Source: a virus (lineage: Duplodnaviria > Caudoviricetes). From it: a DNA stretch of 64,000 nt. Location of the stretch: IMG/VR virus record IMGVR_UViG_3300025913_000019. One strand, given 5' to 3'. Of the stretch, positions 54,466 through 62,943 are shown one piece after another (within the stretch, counting starts at the first letter, position 1; each line of letters begins with the position of its first letter). The position numbers and the translations under genes are program-made. The notes beneath the pieces were generated by a model. That model did not search any database, was not told the origin of the DNA, and worked only from the letters and a program-made list of their open reading frames with translations.

Positions 54466-54773
54466 GCACGATCATGTCGGGCAGCCGCTACCTCATCGTC
54501 AGCGGCGACACCTCCAAGTTCTTCGTCAAGGCGGACATGGAGGACGAGGACGACGCGGATTCGCTCACGAACGAGCCGCTGAAGGCCACGCTCTTCGCCC
54601 ATCCGTCGATGGCTCAGCGCCTGATCGATGATCGCTGGCGCGACATCGTCGCCGAGTGCAAGAGCGGCGTGATCCAACCGGGACAGCTCAATTCGTGGCA
54701 GCTGTTCTGGAAAGACGCGCAGGTCGTCACCTTCCACTTCTCGGTTCGCAAGGAGAACAGTCATGGACGATAA
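54462..54773 (+). CDS. hypothetical protein
   Basis: 103 aa; GTGA overlap start. Confidence 0.6.
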   Translation: MSTIMSGSRYLIVSGDTSKFFVKADMEDEDDADSLTNEPLKATLFAHPSMAQRLIDDRWRDIVAECKSGVIQPGQLNSWQLFWKDAQVVTFHFSVRKENSHGR

Positions 54774-55284
54774 CGAGAACCTGGCCTGGCTCACAGCCGA
54801 GCGTGAGCTCCGGGATCGCAAAGCTGCGAAGAAGAAGCCACGCGAGCCCAGCTCGACCGATGCGCCGCCGAAGTACTGGATGCAGGGCAAGCTGTTCTTC
54901 ATCACCAACAGCGACCACACCCTCTTCTTCGTCAAGGGGCAAGGTGATGTCGGTCCCAACCGTGAGGAAGGACACTGGGTCACGGACACCTTCGCATCCG
55001 CCTCGACGTTCAAGACCTTGCGTGAGGTCAATCACGTCATCGAGGAGTTCGCCGAGTACGAGCGCAAGGACTTCGAGCGCGGCAACGTCGGGCGCTGGAT
55101 GTTCAAGCTGTTCCAGGACGCGCAGCCCGGCGTCGTGGTCTTCAAGTGCCGGGACATTCGTGTCCCGACTCACCTGCAGGCCGGCGACGACGTGAAGCAC
55201 GTTCACAAGTGGGTGAACTTCATGGACAAGGCCGACCGTGTGATCGGGCAGCGCTGCAAGTGCGGTGCCCAGGAATGGTTCTAA
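54763..55284 (+). CDS. hypothetical protein
   Basis: 173 aa; AAGGAG RBS. Confidence 0.65.
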   Translation: MDDNENLAWLTAERELRDRKAAKKKPREPSSTDAPPKYWMQGKLFFITNSDHTLFFVKGQGDVGPNREEGHWVTDTFASASTFKTLREVNHVIEEFAEYERKDFERGNVGRWMFKLFQDAQPGVVVFKCRDIRVPTHLQAGDDVKHVHKWVNFMDKADRVIGQRCKCGAQEWF

Positions 55285-55294
55285 GGAGATCAAG

Positions 55295-55648
55295 ATGGCA
55301 ATGCATCGCTTCACCTACAAGGCATCGGAGGCGACCCTCGGGCTCGCCGCCGTGCAGAAGAAACTGGCCCTGGCGCGCAAGCGCGTGCGTGAGCTCGAAG
55401 CCGAAGAGCTGGGCCTCAAGGGCTTCCTCGTCCCGTACTACAACGAAGGCGAGCTGGTCGATGTCGAGTACCCGGACGGCACCGTCGTCCAAGTCTCGCG
55501 CGCCGAGTTCGAGCGCTTCGATGTCGACGACGAGGCCGTGAAGGCCTTCTACGCGAAACACAACAGGCCCGTGCCGTACAAGAAGACGACGATCAACAAG
55601 TTCACGGCCAAGCTGCTGGGCCGCATCATGAAGGGAAGCAAGACATGA
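55295..55648 (+). CDS. hypothetical protein with N-terminal coiled coil
   Basis: 117 aa; AAGGAG RBS. Confidence 0.65.
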   Translation: MAMHRFTYKASEATLGLAAVQKKLALARKRVRELEAEELGLKGFLVPYYNEGELVDVEYPDGTVVQVSRAEFERFDVDDEAVKAFYAKHNRPVPYKKTTINKFTAKLLGRIMKGSKT

Positions 55649-56007
55649 ACCCGACCCGACAACGCATCCGGGACGCCCGGGATCGAGAGATCAAGCGTCT
55701 CCGATGGGGCGCATTCAAATCGTGGCTGATGATGTTCATGCCCTACGTCATCGCCAGCGCGGCAGCCCTGTACTTCGGTGTGCTGAGGGCGCCGGTGTGG
55801 GAGTTCGTCGTGCTCCACATCATCGCCAACGTGATCCTGGTCGCCTTCGCTGTCGTCTCCTATCGCAGTAGGCAAGTCTACGCGCTTGCCGACTGGGCAT
55901 TCATCGAGCCGCCGCCCAGCATCCTCGAAGAGCCCGACGATGATACCGTCTTCGACGACGCGGAGGACCAGGCAGCGTGGGCGGCGCACGCCCGAGACGG
56001 TAAATAG
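55645..56007 (+). CDS. two-TM membrane protein
   Basis: 120 aa with two hydrophobic helices; ATGA overlap. Confidence 0.65.
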   Translation: MNPTRQRIRDARDREIKRLRWGAFKSWLMMFMPYVIASAAALYFGVLRAPVWEFVVLHIIANVILVAFAVVSYRSRQVYALADWAFIEPPPSILEEPDDDTVFDDAEDQAAWAAHARDGK

Positions 56008-56032
56008 GGATCTCTGCAAGGGGACCTCTATC

Positions 56033-56446
56033 ATGAACGACATCGTTGGCAACTTGAATCCGAATCCGCGAGCCCTGCTCCAGACCCACATCGACGCCCT
56101 GAGCGCGAAGTTCGGCTGGGCTGACTTCAACGCCGTGCGCAGGAAGCACGGCGGCGTACAAGACCCAGGCACTCCGCCGGCACAGCTCAACTACGAGAAC
56201 TGGAAGCTGGTCGAGGCCTACCAGCAGGAGCTGCATGAGATGGCTCGCAAGGTCAGGATCGAGGCATTCGACCTCATGGTCAATGACCTCGCAGCAGCGC
56301 TGGGATCGTCGGCGCCGGAGCACCTGCTGGCCAAGATCAAGGCCGCAGGCATCAAGATCATCGACGATGACGTTCACGTGGTCGACTGGCCACTCTCCAT
56401 CGTCCCGCCCGTCTTCGACGACGAGGCGTGGCGTCTGTACTACTGA
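56033..56446 (+). CDS. hypothetical protein
   Basis: 137 aa, downstream of a GGTAAATAG motif. Confidence 0.65.
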   Translation: MNDIVGNLNPNPRALLQTHIDALSAKFGWADFNAVRRKHGGVQDPGTPPAQLNYENWKLVEAYQQELHEMARKVRIEAFDLMVNDLAAALGSSAPEHLLAKIKAAGIKIIDDDVHVVDWPLSIVPPVFDDEAWRLYY

Positions 56447-56456
56447 AGAGCAAAGC

Positions 56457-56489
56457 GCGAGGCGACCAGGGTGTCGCCTCGCTTTCGTT
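56457..56489 (+). terminator. intrinsic terminator-like hairpin
   Basis: GCGAGGCGAC/GTCGCCTCGC 10-bp stem followed by TTTCGTT. Confidence 0.6.
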
Positions 56490-56514
56490 GACTGGAAGGA
56501 AGAAAGGAAGCACC

Positions 56515-56796
56515 ATGAAAACCATCGACTATCTCCCGTATGCCGTCATCTTGGCCCTGAGCGCTGTGGCCACGACGCTCGTTCTCAACAACTTGAAGAA
56601 GCCGCCCCGGCACGACTACGACGCGGCCGACCTCGCGCGCGACACGCAGGTCTGCAAGAACTTGGGCTTCGGCATCGCCCCGCGCACGAACCACAATCGC
56701 TCGGGCGATCGATGGATTCAGGGCGCCGACTGCATGGGGCCCGACGGCGCGACGATCCCGCTGCCTGCTGTTCCGGCTTCGGGAGCGCAGCGATGA
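56515..56796 (+). CDS. small exported/membrane-anchored protein with Cys pair
   Basis: N-terminal hydrophobic helix; C...C in the downstream part; AAGGA RBS. Confidence 0.6.
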   Translation: MKTIDYLPYAVILALSAVATTLVLNNLKKPPRHDYDAADLARDTQVCKNLGFGIAPRTNHNRSGDRWIQGADCMGPDGATIPLPAVPASGAQR

Positions 56797-57047
56797 GCGG
56801 TCGCACCGTCCACGGCAACATCATGCCGGTCTTCGCGCTCATCGTCATCGCTGTCACGGCCATCGCCTGGCACTCGGAGCCGGTGACCTACACCCAGGAT
56901 GCGTACCACGACGACATGAACTGGTGCATCATCAAGGGCTACGAGGTCGCGTCCTCCGGCATCAACCAGCCGGTCACGTGCCTCAAGGACGGTCAGCCCG
57001 TGGCGATCCCGCCGCACTCCATCAACGCTCCGGAGCACAAGCAATGA
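56793..57047 (+). CDS. small exported/membrane-anchored protein with Cys pair
   Basis: VFALIVIAVTAIAW helix, WC...TC; ATGA overlaps. Confidence 0.6.
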   Translation: MSGRTVHGNIMPVFALIVIAVTAIAWHSEPVTYTQDAYHDDMNWCIIKGYEVASSGINQPVTCLKDGQPVAIPPHSINAPEHKQ

Positions 57048-57394
57048 GCACCACCAAGGAACCGAAGACGGTCAACGGTCTTCTCCAGAGCTTCTACATC
57101 GCGAGCATCAAGTGCAAGAACGGGATGATCGCGACCCTGTACCCGGGCTCCGGAAGCAGCAAGGCCTTCGAGTCGGGACACAGCAACACCCTCTTCTTCA
57201 ACCGTGGGCATGAAGGACACTCGCTCACGCAGTACCGTCTGACCAAGGCGCAAGCGCGCAAGGTCCAGAAGCTGATCGACGACTGCACGCCGAGCTGGTT
57301 CGACACGCACGGCCTGATCAAGCGCACGTTCAAGATCGAGTACGTGATGCACAGCCGCTGCAAGGTCCATCGTTCCGAACTCCTGGGGAAGTAA
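57044..57394 (+). CDS. hypothetical protein
   Basis: 116 aa; ATGA overlap. Confidence 0.6.
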   Translation: MSTTKEPKTVNGLLQSFYIASIKCKNGMIATLYPGSGSSKAFESGHSNTLFFNRGHEGHSLTQYRLTKAQARKVQKLIDDCTPSWFDTHGLIKRTFKIEYVMHSRCKVHRSELLGK

Positions 57395-59296
57395 ATGATC
57401 CACACCACCCTCGCACAACAGAAGGTTCTCTACAAAAAGGCCAAGGCCGCCTATGAGGCGGGCAAGCCCATCATGTCGGACTACAAGTTCGATGAGCTGG
57501 AGGACTGGATCTTGGCCCTCGATCCCAAGTGGAAGGAGCTTCGCAAGACCGGCGTCACCGTCAAGTCGAAGAAGGCAAAGCGTGAGCTGCCGCAGAAGAT
57601 GCCGAGCCTCAACAAGCGCTACCCCGGCGAGATCGACAAGTGGCTCGATGGTGACGACAAGGTCGCCATGGACAAGGAAGATGGCTCGTCGTTGCTGCTC
57701 GGCGCCAAGGGCGGCTGGTTCACGACCCTCATCACCCGTGGCGACGGCAACGTCGGCGGTGACATCAGCTTCCTGCTGCCGTACATCAACGTCCCGAAGA
57801 CGCTCAAGTACAACAGCACCTATTGGTTCAGGTGTGAGGCCGTGATGTCGGAGGCGACGTTCAACAAGTACTACGCCGACAAGTACGACAACCCGCGCAA
57901 TCTCGTGGCCGGCATCCTCAACCGCAGTATGACCGGGGCGCCGACGGCCGAGGAGCAACGCGCACTCCGGCGCACGGACATCATCGTCCTCGGCACTTTC
58001 GACACGAAGCTGCTCGAGGGGCTCGACTTCGCCAAGCGTTGCGGACTCACGGTCGTGCCCCATACCTTGATCCAGAAGCCGACGGCCGACGGCCTGGCCA
58101 CGATGCTGGCGCGAAGGCGCAAGGCCAGCCCGTATGCGATGGACGGTCTGGTCATCGCTGCCCCGGACTTCCAGTACAGCTACAAGACCAACGACAAGCC
58201 GAAGGACATCATCGCCTTCAAGATCAACAGCGAGGCGGACGCGGTCGAGGCCAAGGTCAAGTGCATCCACTGGCAGGTGACGGGTCACGGCCGCATCGTT
58301 CCCAAGGTCGAGATCGAGCCCAAGCGTGTCGGCGGCGTCACCATCAAGCACGCGACGGTGCACAACGCTGCCTGGATGCTGGAGCGCAATATCGGCCCCA
58401 GCGCGATCATCAAGATCGTCCGCTCGGGCGACGTGATCCCGAAGATCGTGGGCGTCGTCAAGGCTGGCAAGATCCAGCTGCCGGAGATCCCGCACAAGCT
58501 GGAGGGCAAGCACTTCGTCGTCAAGCAGGCGACGGCCGGGACGCAGGGGCGTATCGATGTCCTGAACATGCACAAGTTCATGACCACGATGGGTATCGAG
58601 CTGCTGGGCACGAAGACGCTGACGACTCTCCAGCAGCAGGGCTTCGACTCCGTTGCCCACTACCTCAATCAGTGGCATCGTGGCAAGCTCGTCTCGGCAT
58701 TCTTTCACGCGGGCCTCGGCGAGAAGACTGCGGCCAACATCCAGGCGCAGTTCGACAAGGCGTTCAAGGGCAAAATCATCCCGATGAAGGACCTCATGGT
58801 CGCATCGCGGTGCTACCCCGCAGGTGTCGGTGGCCGCAAGCTCTCGGCGCTCGAGGCCGGCGGCATCAGCATGGACGATCTCGTCGCTGGGATCAAGGCG
58901 AAGAAGCCCGTGGCGCTGGAGAAGCGCATCGTGGACGTTCATGGCTTCGAAGCCACGATGGCGCGCGCCATCTGCAAGGGCACGATTGCTTTCGTCGAAG
59001 AGCTGGAGGTCTATCAACGCTACCTGTCGATCGACGGGTCGCTGCCCAAGGCCAAGGCGAAGAAGACCGCCGGCGAGCCGCTCAGTGGCCAGTTCATCTC
59101 ATGGACGGGCTACCGCGACGAGGACGAAGAAGAGACGGCCGAAGGCCTCGGTGCCGACATCGGATCGTTCGGCGCCAGGACCACGATCCTGCTGTACAAG
59201 GAAGGCGGCAAGGCGAGCTCCAAGGTCGACAAGGCGCGAGAGAAGGGCATCAAGGTCATGACGTGGCCGCAACTCGTGAAGGAGTTCAAGCTGTGA
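57395..59296 (+). CDS. ligA: NAD-dependent DNA ligase (no zinc finger, with BRCT)
   Basis: Domain Ia YEAGKPIMSDYKFDEL, KEDG adenylation motif, NPRNLVAG, MDGLVI, IAFK, OB WQVTGHGRIVP..ATVHNA, HhH motifs, BRCT LSGQFISWTG. Confidence 0.93.
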   Translation: MIHTTLAQQKVLYKKAKAAYEAGKPIMSDYKFDELEDWILALDPKWKELRKTGVTVKSKKAKRELPQKMPSLNKRYPGEIDKWLDGDDKVAMDKEDGSSLLLGAKGGWFTTLITRGDGNVGGDISFLLPYINVPKTLKYNSTYWFRCEAVMSEATFNKYYADKYDNPRNLVAGILNRSMTGAPTAEEQRALRRTDIIVLGTFDTKLLEGLDFAKRCGLTVVPHTLIQKPTADGLATMLARRRKASPYAMDGLVIAAPDFQYSYKTNDKPKDIIAFKINSEADAVEAKVKCIHWQVTGHGRIVPKVEIEPKRVGGVTIKHATVHNAAWMLERNIGPSAIIKIVRSGDVIPKIVGVVKAGKIQLPEIPHKLEGKHFVVKQATAGTQGRIDVLNMHKFMTTMGIELLGTKTLTTLQQQGFDSVAHYLNQWHRGKLVSAFFHAGLGEKTAANIQAQFDKAFKGKIIPMKDLMVASRCYPAGVGGRKLSALEAGGISMDDLVAGIKAKKPVALEKRIVDVHGFEATMARAICKGTIAFVEELEVYQRYLSIDGSLPKAKAKKTAGEPLSGQFISWTGYRDEDEEETAEGLGADIGSFGARTTILLYKEGGKASSKVDKAREKGIKVMTWPQLVKEFKL

Positions 59297-59697
59297 CATT
59301 CAAGCCGTGGGAAGATCGCGGCCCGTGCTCCATTCGCATCCTTGAAGGATCGGACGTGGGCCGAGCGCTGTGGGTCAAGAACCCGCATCCGGCGCCGAAG
59401 CCTCACAGCTTCAACATGCCTGGGTCTCAGGTCAAGGGCATGTTGCCGGCCATCGACAAGGCGACGGGACAGGTCAAGACGTTGCTCGTGCCCGAAGACG
59501 TACTGGCAACGATGCGTGAGTGGGCCGAAGAACTGCGCCAGATCGAAGAGCGCGAATCCGAGACCCGCAAGCTCATGAGCTTTCAGCAGGCGGATCACGA
59601 GCGCTTCAAGGCCAAGCGCACGCGAATCCGCGCCCTGGCCTCGTGGTGGCGTCACGAGCGTGACCCGATCAAGAACCGAGCAGCCAACAGGAGGTAA
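59293..59697 (+). CDS. hypothetical protein
   Basis: 134 aa; GTGA overlap with ligA. Confidence 0.6.
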   Translation: MTFKPWEDRGPCSIRILEGSDVGRALWVKNPHPAPKPHSFNMPGSQVKGMLPAIDKATGQVKTLLVPEDVLATMREWAEELRQIEERESETRKLMSFQQADHERFKAKRTRIRALASWWRHERDPIKNRAANRR

Positions 59698-59700
59698 CCA

Positions 59701-59988
59701 ATGCTCCAACTCTTCGTCATTCAAGCCATCTACCACAGCCGCGGGTCGATGCCTGAACCTGGCCACTACCTCGGCTTCCTGGATCAGGCCAGCGCCGAGG
59801 CTCACGTCAAGGCACAGTACGCTGGCCGCGACGTCAAAGGCCCGACGCCGCACAAGTACGTCAATTGGGAGATCCTCGGGCTCAAGGAAGCAGGGTCCAG
59901 GACGGTCGGCATGCTGATCCGCCAGGTGCAGCAGGGCGGCGGCAATCACTTTCGTTTCGACAAACTGGAGGACATGCACGATGCCTGA
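59701..59988 (+). CDS. hypothetical protein
   Basis: 95 aa; GGAGG RBS. Confidence 0.65.
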   Translation: MLQLFVIQAIYHSRGSMPEPGHYLGFLDQASAEAHVKAQYAGRDVKGPTPHKYVNWEILGLKEAGSRTVGMLIRQVQQGGGNHFRFDKLEDMHDA

Positions 59989-60343
59989 TCCAATGTGGGA
60001 CCCACTCGCGAAGCCGAAGCTCCAATCGTGCTTCACCATCAAGCTGAGCGACTATCAGTGTGCGATCGCCGATCTCTGCGAGTACTACGGCAAGGGCTAC
60101 CTGCTGACGCGGGTGAACGTGCCGGCCGAGTTCCGTGGCAAGGGCTATGCCACGCAGCTGCTCAAGCAGGTCCTGGCTGCTGCCGACGAAGCGCAGATCA
60201 CGCTCCTGCTTGAGGTCGCACCTGGCATCGGCTCCAGCATGACGGCCGAGCAACTCCGGGCCTGGTACAGCCGGCATGGCTTCCTCGACTGGAAGGGCAT
60301 CATGCGCCGCAAGCCTCACATCCCCAACAAGGAACCGCAATGA
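59981..60343 (+). CDS. GNAT-family acetyltransferase
   Basis: VNVPAEFRGKGYATQLL acetyl-CoA motif; LRAWYSRHGF. Confidence 0.85.
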   Translation: MPDPMWDPLAKPKLQSCFTIKLSDYQCAIADLCEYYGKGYLLTRVNVPAEFRGKGYATQLLKQVLAAADEAQITLLLEVAPGIGSSMTAEQLRAWYSRHGFLDWKGIMRRKPHIPNKEPQ

Positions 60344-60684
60344 ACGAACTCCAACCGACCTTCTTCATCCTCCCCAACCTCGACGGCAACGACATCCTGG
60401 TGCAGGCGAACCAGATCACGGCCGTGCTACCTCGCTTCGAGTACGAGGACGCGGCGGACGATGATCGAGAGATGCCCAAGCGCGGGCCGCGCAAGATCAA
60501 CGGCGCCATCCTCGGCCTCGGCATGAAGAAGGAGGCCGTGGGCGCCACCGTCGAGCAGGTCATCGCGCTGATGAAGCGCGCTGGCCTTCCCGTCTTCGGT
60601 CTCTCCGACATCAACTGCTACCCTGCGGCGACCAGGCCCCTGTCTCGGTCCGAGGCGTACGGACCGGCCGGTGGCGACGACTGA
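60340..60684 (+). CDS. hypothetical protein
   Basis: 114 aa; ATGA overlap. Confidence 0.65.
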   Translation: MNELQPTFFILPNLDGNDILVQANQITAVLPRFEYEDAADDDREMPKRGPRKINGAILGLGMKKEAVGATVEQVIALMKRAGLPVFGLSDINCYPAATRPLSRSEAYGPAGGDD

Positions 60685-60968
60685 TGGCCAAGCTCGTCTG
60701 GCACGACGCCCGCATTCGTGACTCCGACATCTGGCGCTCCTCGTGGCCGGCAGGGACGAAGGTGCTGGTCGCGAAGTCGGGGCACAAGCTCGCAGTCGGA
60801 ACCATCTGGTGGGTCTTCGACGGCAAGCACCTGCGCTCCGTCGCCGAGCCCCTGCATCGACAGGCGTTCGTGGTCAAGGGCCAGCACTCGGATCAGCGCG
60901 CGTGCAACGCCCATGCGCGCCCCTTCCTCGTCCGGCATATGGAGTTCCGACGCCCTCCCGAGGACTGA
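60684..60968 (+). CDS. hypothetical protein
   Basis: 94 aa; TGATG overlap. Confidence 0.55.
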   Translation: MAKLVWHDARIRDSDIWRSSWPAGTKVLVAKSGHKLAVGTIWWVFDGKHLRSVAEPLHRQAFVVKGQHSDQRACNAHARPFLVRHMEFRRPPED

Positions 60969-61001
60969 AAACGGCCCCTGGGAGGCCGAAAAGTGGGCAT
61001 T

Positions 61002-61079
61002 TTGCACAAAAATTGAGCAAAAAGTGACGAAAAATCGCCCCTGGGGTGGTCCTGGGGGCGATTTTTGGTCTACAATGGA
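61002..61079 (+). promoter_or_regulatory. putative early promoter, copy B, containing a 12-bp inverted repeat
   Basis: Same architecture and spacing as 51553-51630; AAAAATCGCCCC/GGGGCGATTTTT at 61030-61066. Confidence 0.7.
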
Positions 61080-61115
61080 ATCACAGGATAGGGAATCCCG
61101 ACCCTGAAATTTCCG

Positions 61116-61137
61116 ATCCCGCGCAATCCCGCGCAAT
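61116..61137 (+). repeat. tandem repeat ATCCCGCGCA x2
   Basis: Read directly in the leader of the 61167 gene. Confidence 0.8.
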
Positions 61138-61166
61138 GTTCCATCCGTGATCTAGAAAGGTCCATC

Positions 61167-61427
61167 ATGAAGTCCAACACTTTCGCTCCCGTCGTCGCCA
61201 ACGTCAAGGTCGGTGGCAACGTCCACAAGGTGCGTTTCGTCGCCTACCCGAACCGCGTGACCGTCACAGGCCACGGCCTGCCGAAGCTGACGATCAAGCC
61301 GACCAAGGACGGCACGGTCGTCGCGACGGCGCTGGGCGTCACGAAGCGCGGCAAGCCCGTGACCGCCGACGCGAAGACGCCGTTCGGCGCCTTCAAGAAG
61401 ATCGTCGCCGCGGCCTGGAAGCACTGA
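61167..61427 (+). CDS. small basic early protein
   Basis: 86 aa; CTAGAAAGG RBS. Confidence 0.7.
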   Translation: MKSNTFAPVVANVKVGGNVHKVRFVAYPNRVTVTGHGLPKLTIKPTKDGTVVATALGVTKRGKPVTADAKTPFGAFKKIVAAAWKH

Positions 61428-61445
61428 GCGCCGGCGCTCACAATC

Positions 61446-61472
61446 AAAAGGGGACCCTCGTGGTCCCCTTTT
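61446..61472 (+). terminator. intrinsic terminator
   Basis: GGGACC/GGTCCC stem followed by CTTTTT. Confidence 0.6.
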
Positions 61473-61506
61473 GCCGTTCCTGTCCGCAACCTTGGAGGGT
61501 TTGCCC

Positions 61507-61746
61507 ATGCCTCGTCCCCAACTTGTCGCCACGTTCGGCCTCGATGCCGAGCGGCTCAAGCGCATCAACGCCGAGTTCGGCGCCGTCACCGAGAACCCGC
61601 TGGTGATCGAACCGCATCGCACGTTCCTCGAGCATGCCAACGCGTGCGGTGACGCGCAGAACGTCATGCACCTGATCGGCGCCGTCGCTGCCCAGGGCGA
61701 AGACGCGCTGATCCGCGTCGACCGCGTGCTCAATCGACCAGCATGA
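61507..61746 (+). CDS. hypothetical protein
   Basis: 79 aa; GGAGGG RBS. Confidence 0.6.
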   Translation: MPRPQLVATFGLDAERLKRINAEFGAVTENPLVIEPHRTFLEHANACGDAQNVMHLIGAVAAQGEDALIRVDRVLNRPA

Positions 61747-61988
61747 AGCGCCGCCATCTCCGCAGCACGTTCGAGCAGCGAGAGGCGCTGCGGCGCTGCG
61801 TCGACCGTGACGAGGACATCACCTCGTCCGAGCTCGATCTCATCGAGAACTACGAGGAGCGCGATAGCAACATCCGTGAGCAGCGCACTCACGATGAGAT
61901 GATGTCCTCGGTTGGCCTCGTCTTCGCCATCGTCATCATCTTGCTCGTGCTCGTCGCTCTCTATCCCGAGCTCAAGCCTCACCCCTGA
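61743..61988 (+). CDS. small protein with C-terminal TM helix
   Basis: VGLVFAIVIILLVLVALY; ATGA overlap. Confidence 0.6.
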   Translation: MKRRHLRSTFEQREALRRCVDRDEDITSSELDLIENYEERDSNIREQRTHDEMMSSVGLVFAIVIILLVLVALYPELKPHP

Positions 61989-62058
61989 CAGCCAGAGCCC
62001 TCCCAGTTGGAGGGGCTCTTGCCGTTTGTGTCCGCCACCCAGCCTAGAAAGGCATGTC

Positions 62059-62829
62059 ATGAGCCGCAAGATCAAGGCCCCGTTCAAGGGCATCGTCACC
62101 CTCTTCAACATCAACGGCAAGACCAGCCGCAAGAACAGCAACTACGGGCGCAAGATCACGGCCCTGCCGGCCGAAGGCCGCTCGCAGCGATACCCCGCCA
62201 TCAAGATCGTGCATCACCGCGACGGCGAGCGCTACTGGGTGAGCCCCGCGCTCTATCCGGGCGCCGAGGTGCTGGTCATGGCCGGCGACCGCGTGAAGAA
62301 GGGCACGACCATCGCGCTGTATCCGCGTCCCCGCAAGGATGATGCGACGCGCAAGGAACTCGATATCGTGGCACGCGCGCTCAAGGGCAAGAAGGTGCGA
62401 CCCCTGACCCGGAGCGAAAAGGACCTCGTCAATGCGAACATGGTCAAGACGGCGCTGGAACGCCAGTCGTGGCCGTGCCGCTACGGCCGCAAGATCAACA
62501 CCGGCACCTCCTACGGCCTGGTTGAACTCGACTTCTTCGCCAACGAGAACGACACGGTCATCAAGGTCGACATCGGTTACGTCGACCAGGATGATGGGCA
62601 AGAGTTCTATCTGATCCGCATGCCGTTCCCTGAGCGCAAGGCCAAGCCGTGGGTCGTCTACACCGAAGGCATGCGGTGTGACATCGATCCGCAGAAGACG
62701 GCGTACCGCGCGTGGCTCGAAATCCTGGACGGCCTGGGCATCGACCCGGACACGACCACCGACGTCACCGACTACACCGAAGAGGACGAGGACGAGAGCG
62801 GCCCGCACGGCTTCCACTTCCACGAGTGA
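62059..62829 (+). CDS. hypothetical early protein with barrel-sandwich-hybrid-like motif
   Basis: 256 aa; GAEVLVMAGDRVKKGTTIA; CTAGAAAGG RBS. Confidence 0.65.
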   Translation: MSRKIKAPFKGIVTLFNINGKTSRKNSNYGRKITALPAEGRSQRYPAIKIVHHRDGERYWVSPALYPGAEVLVMAGDRVKKGTTIALYPRPRKDDATRKELDIVARALKGKKVRPLTRSEKDLVNANMVKTALERQSWPCRYGRKINTGTSYGLVELDFFANENDTVIKVDIGYVDQDDGQEFYLIRMPFPERKAKPWVVYTEGMRCDIDPQKTAYRAWLEILDGLGIDPDTTTDVTDYTEEDEDESGPHGFHFHE

Positions 62830-62943
62830 TGGCCGTCCTGTAAAGAGAATGAGTCGACCCGCAGCGACATCCACTGCGGGCGTGAGCGAGGATGCTGGTA
62901 GCCGGCCTCGTCAACGTACCATTTGGTTACCTGGAGAAATGAA

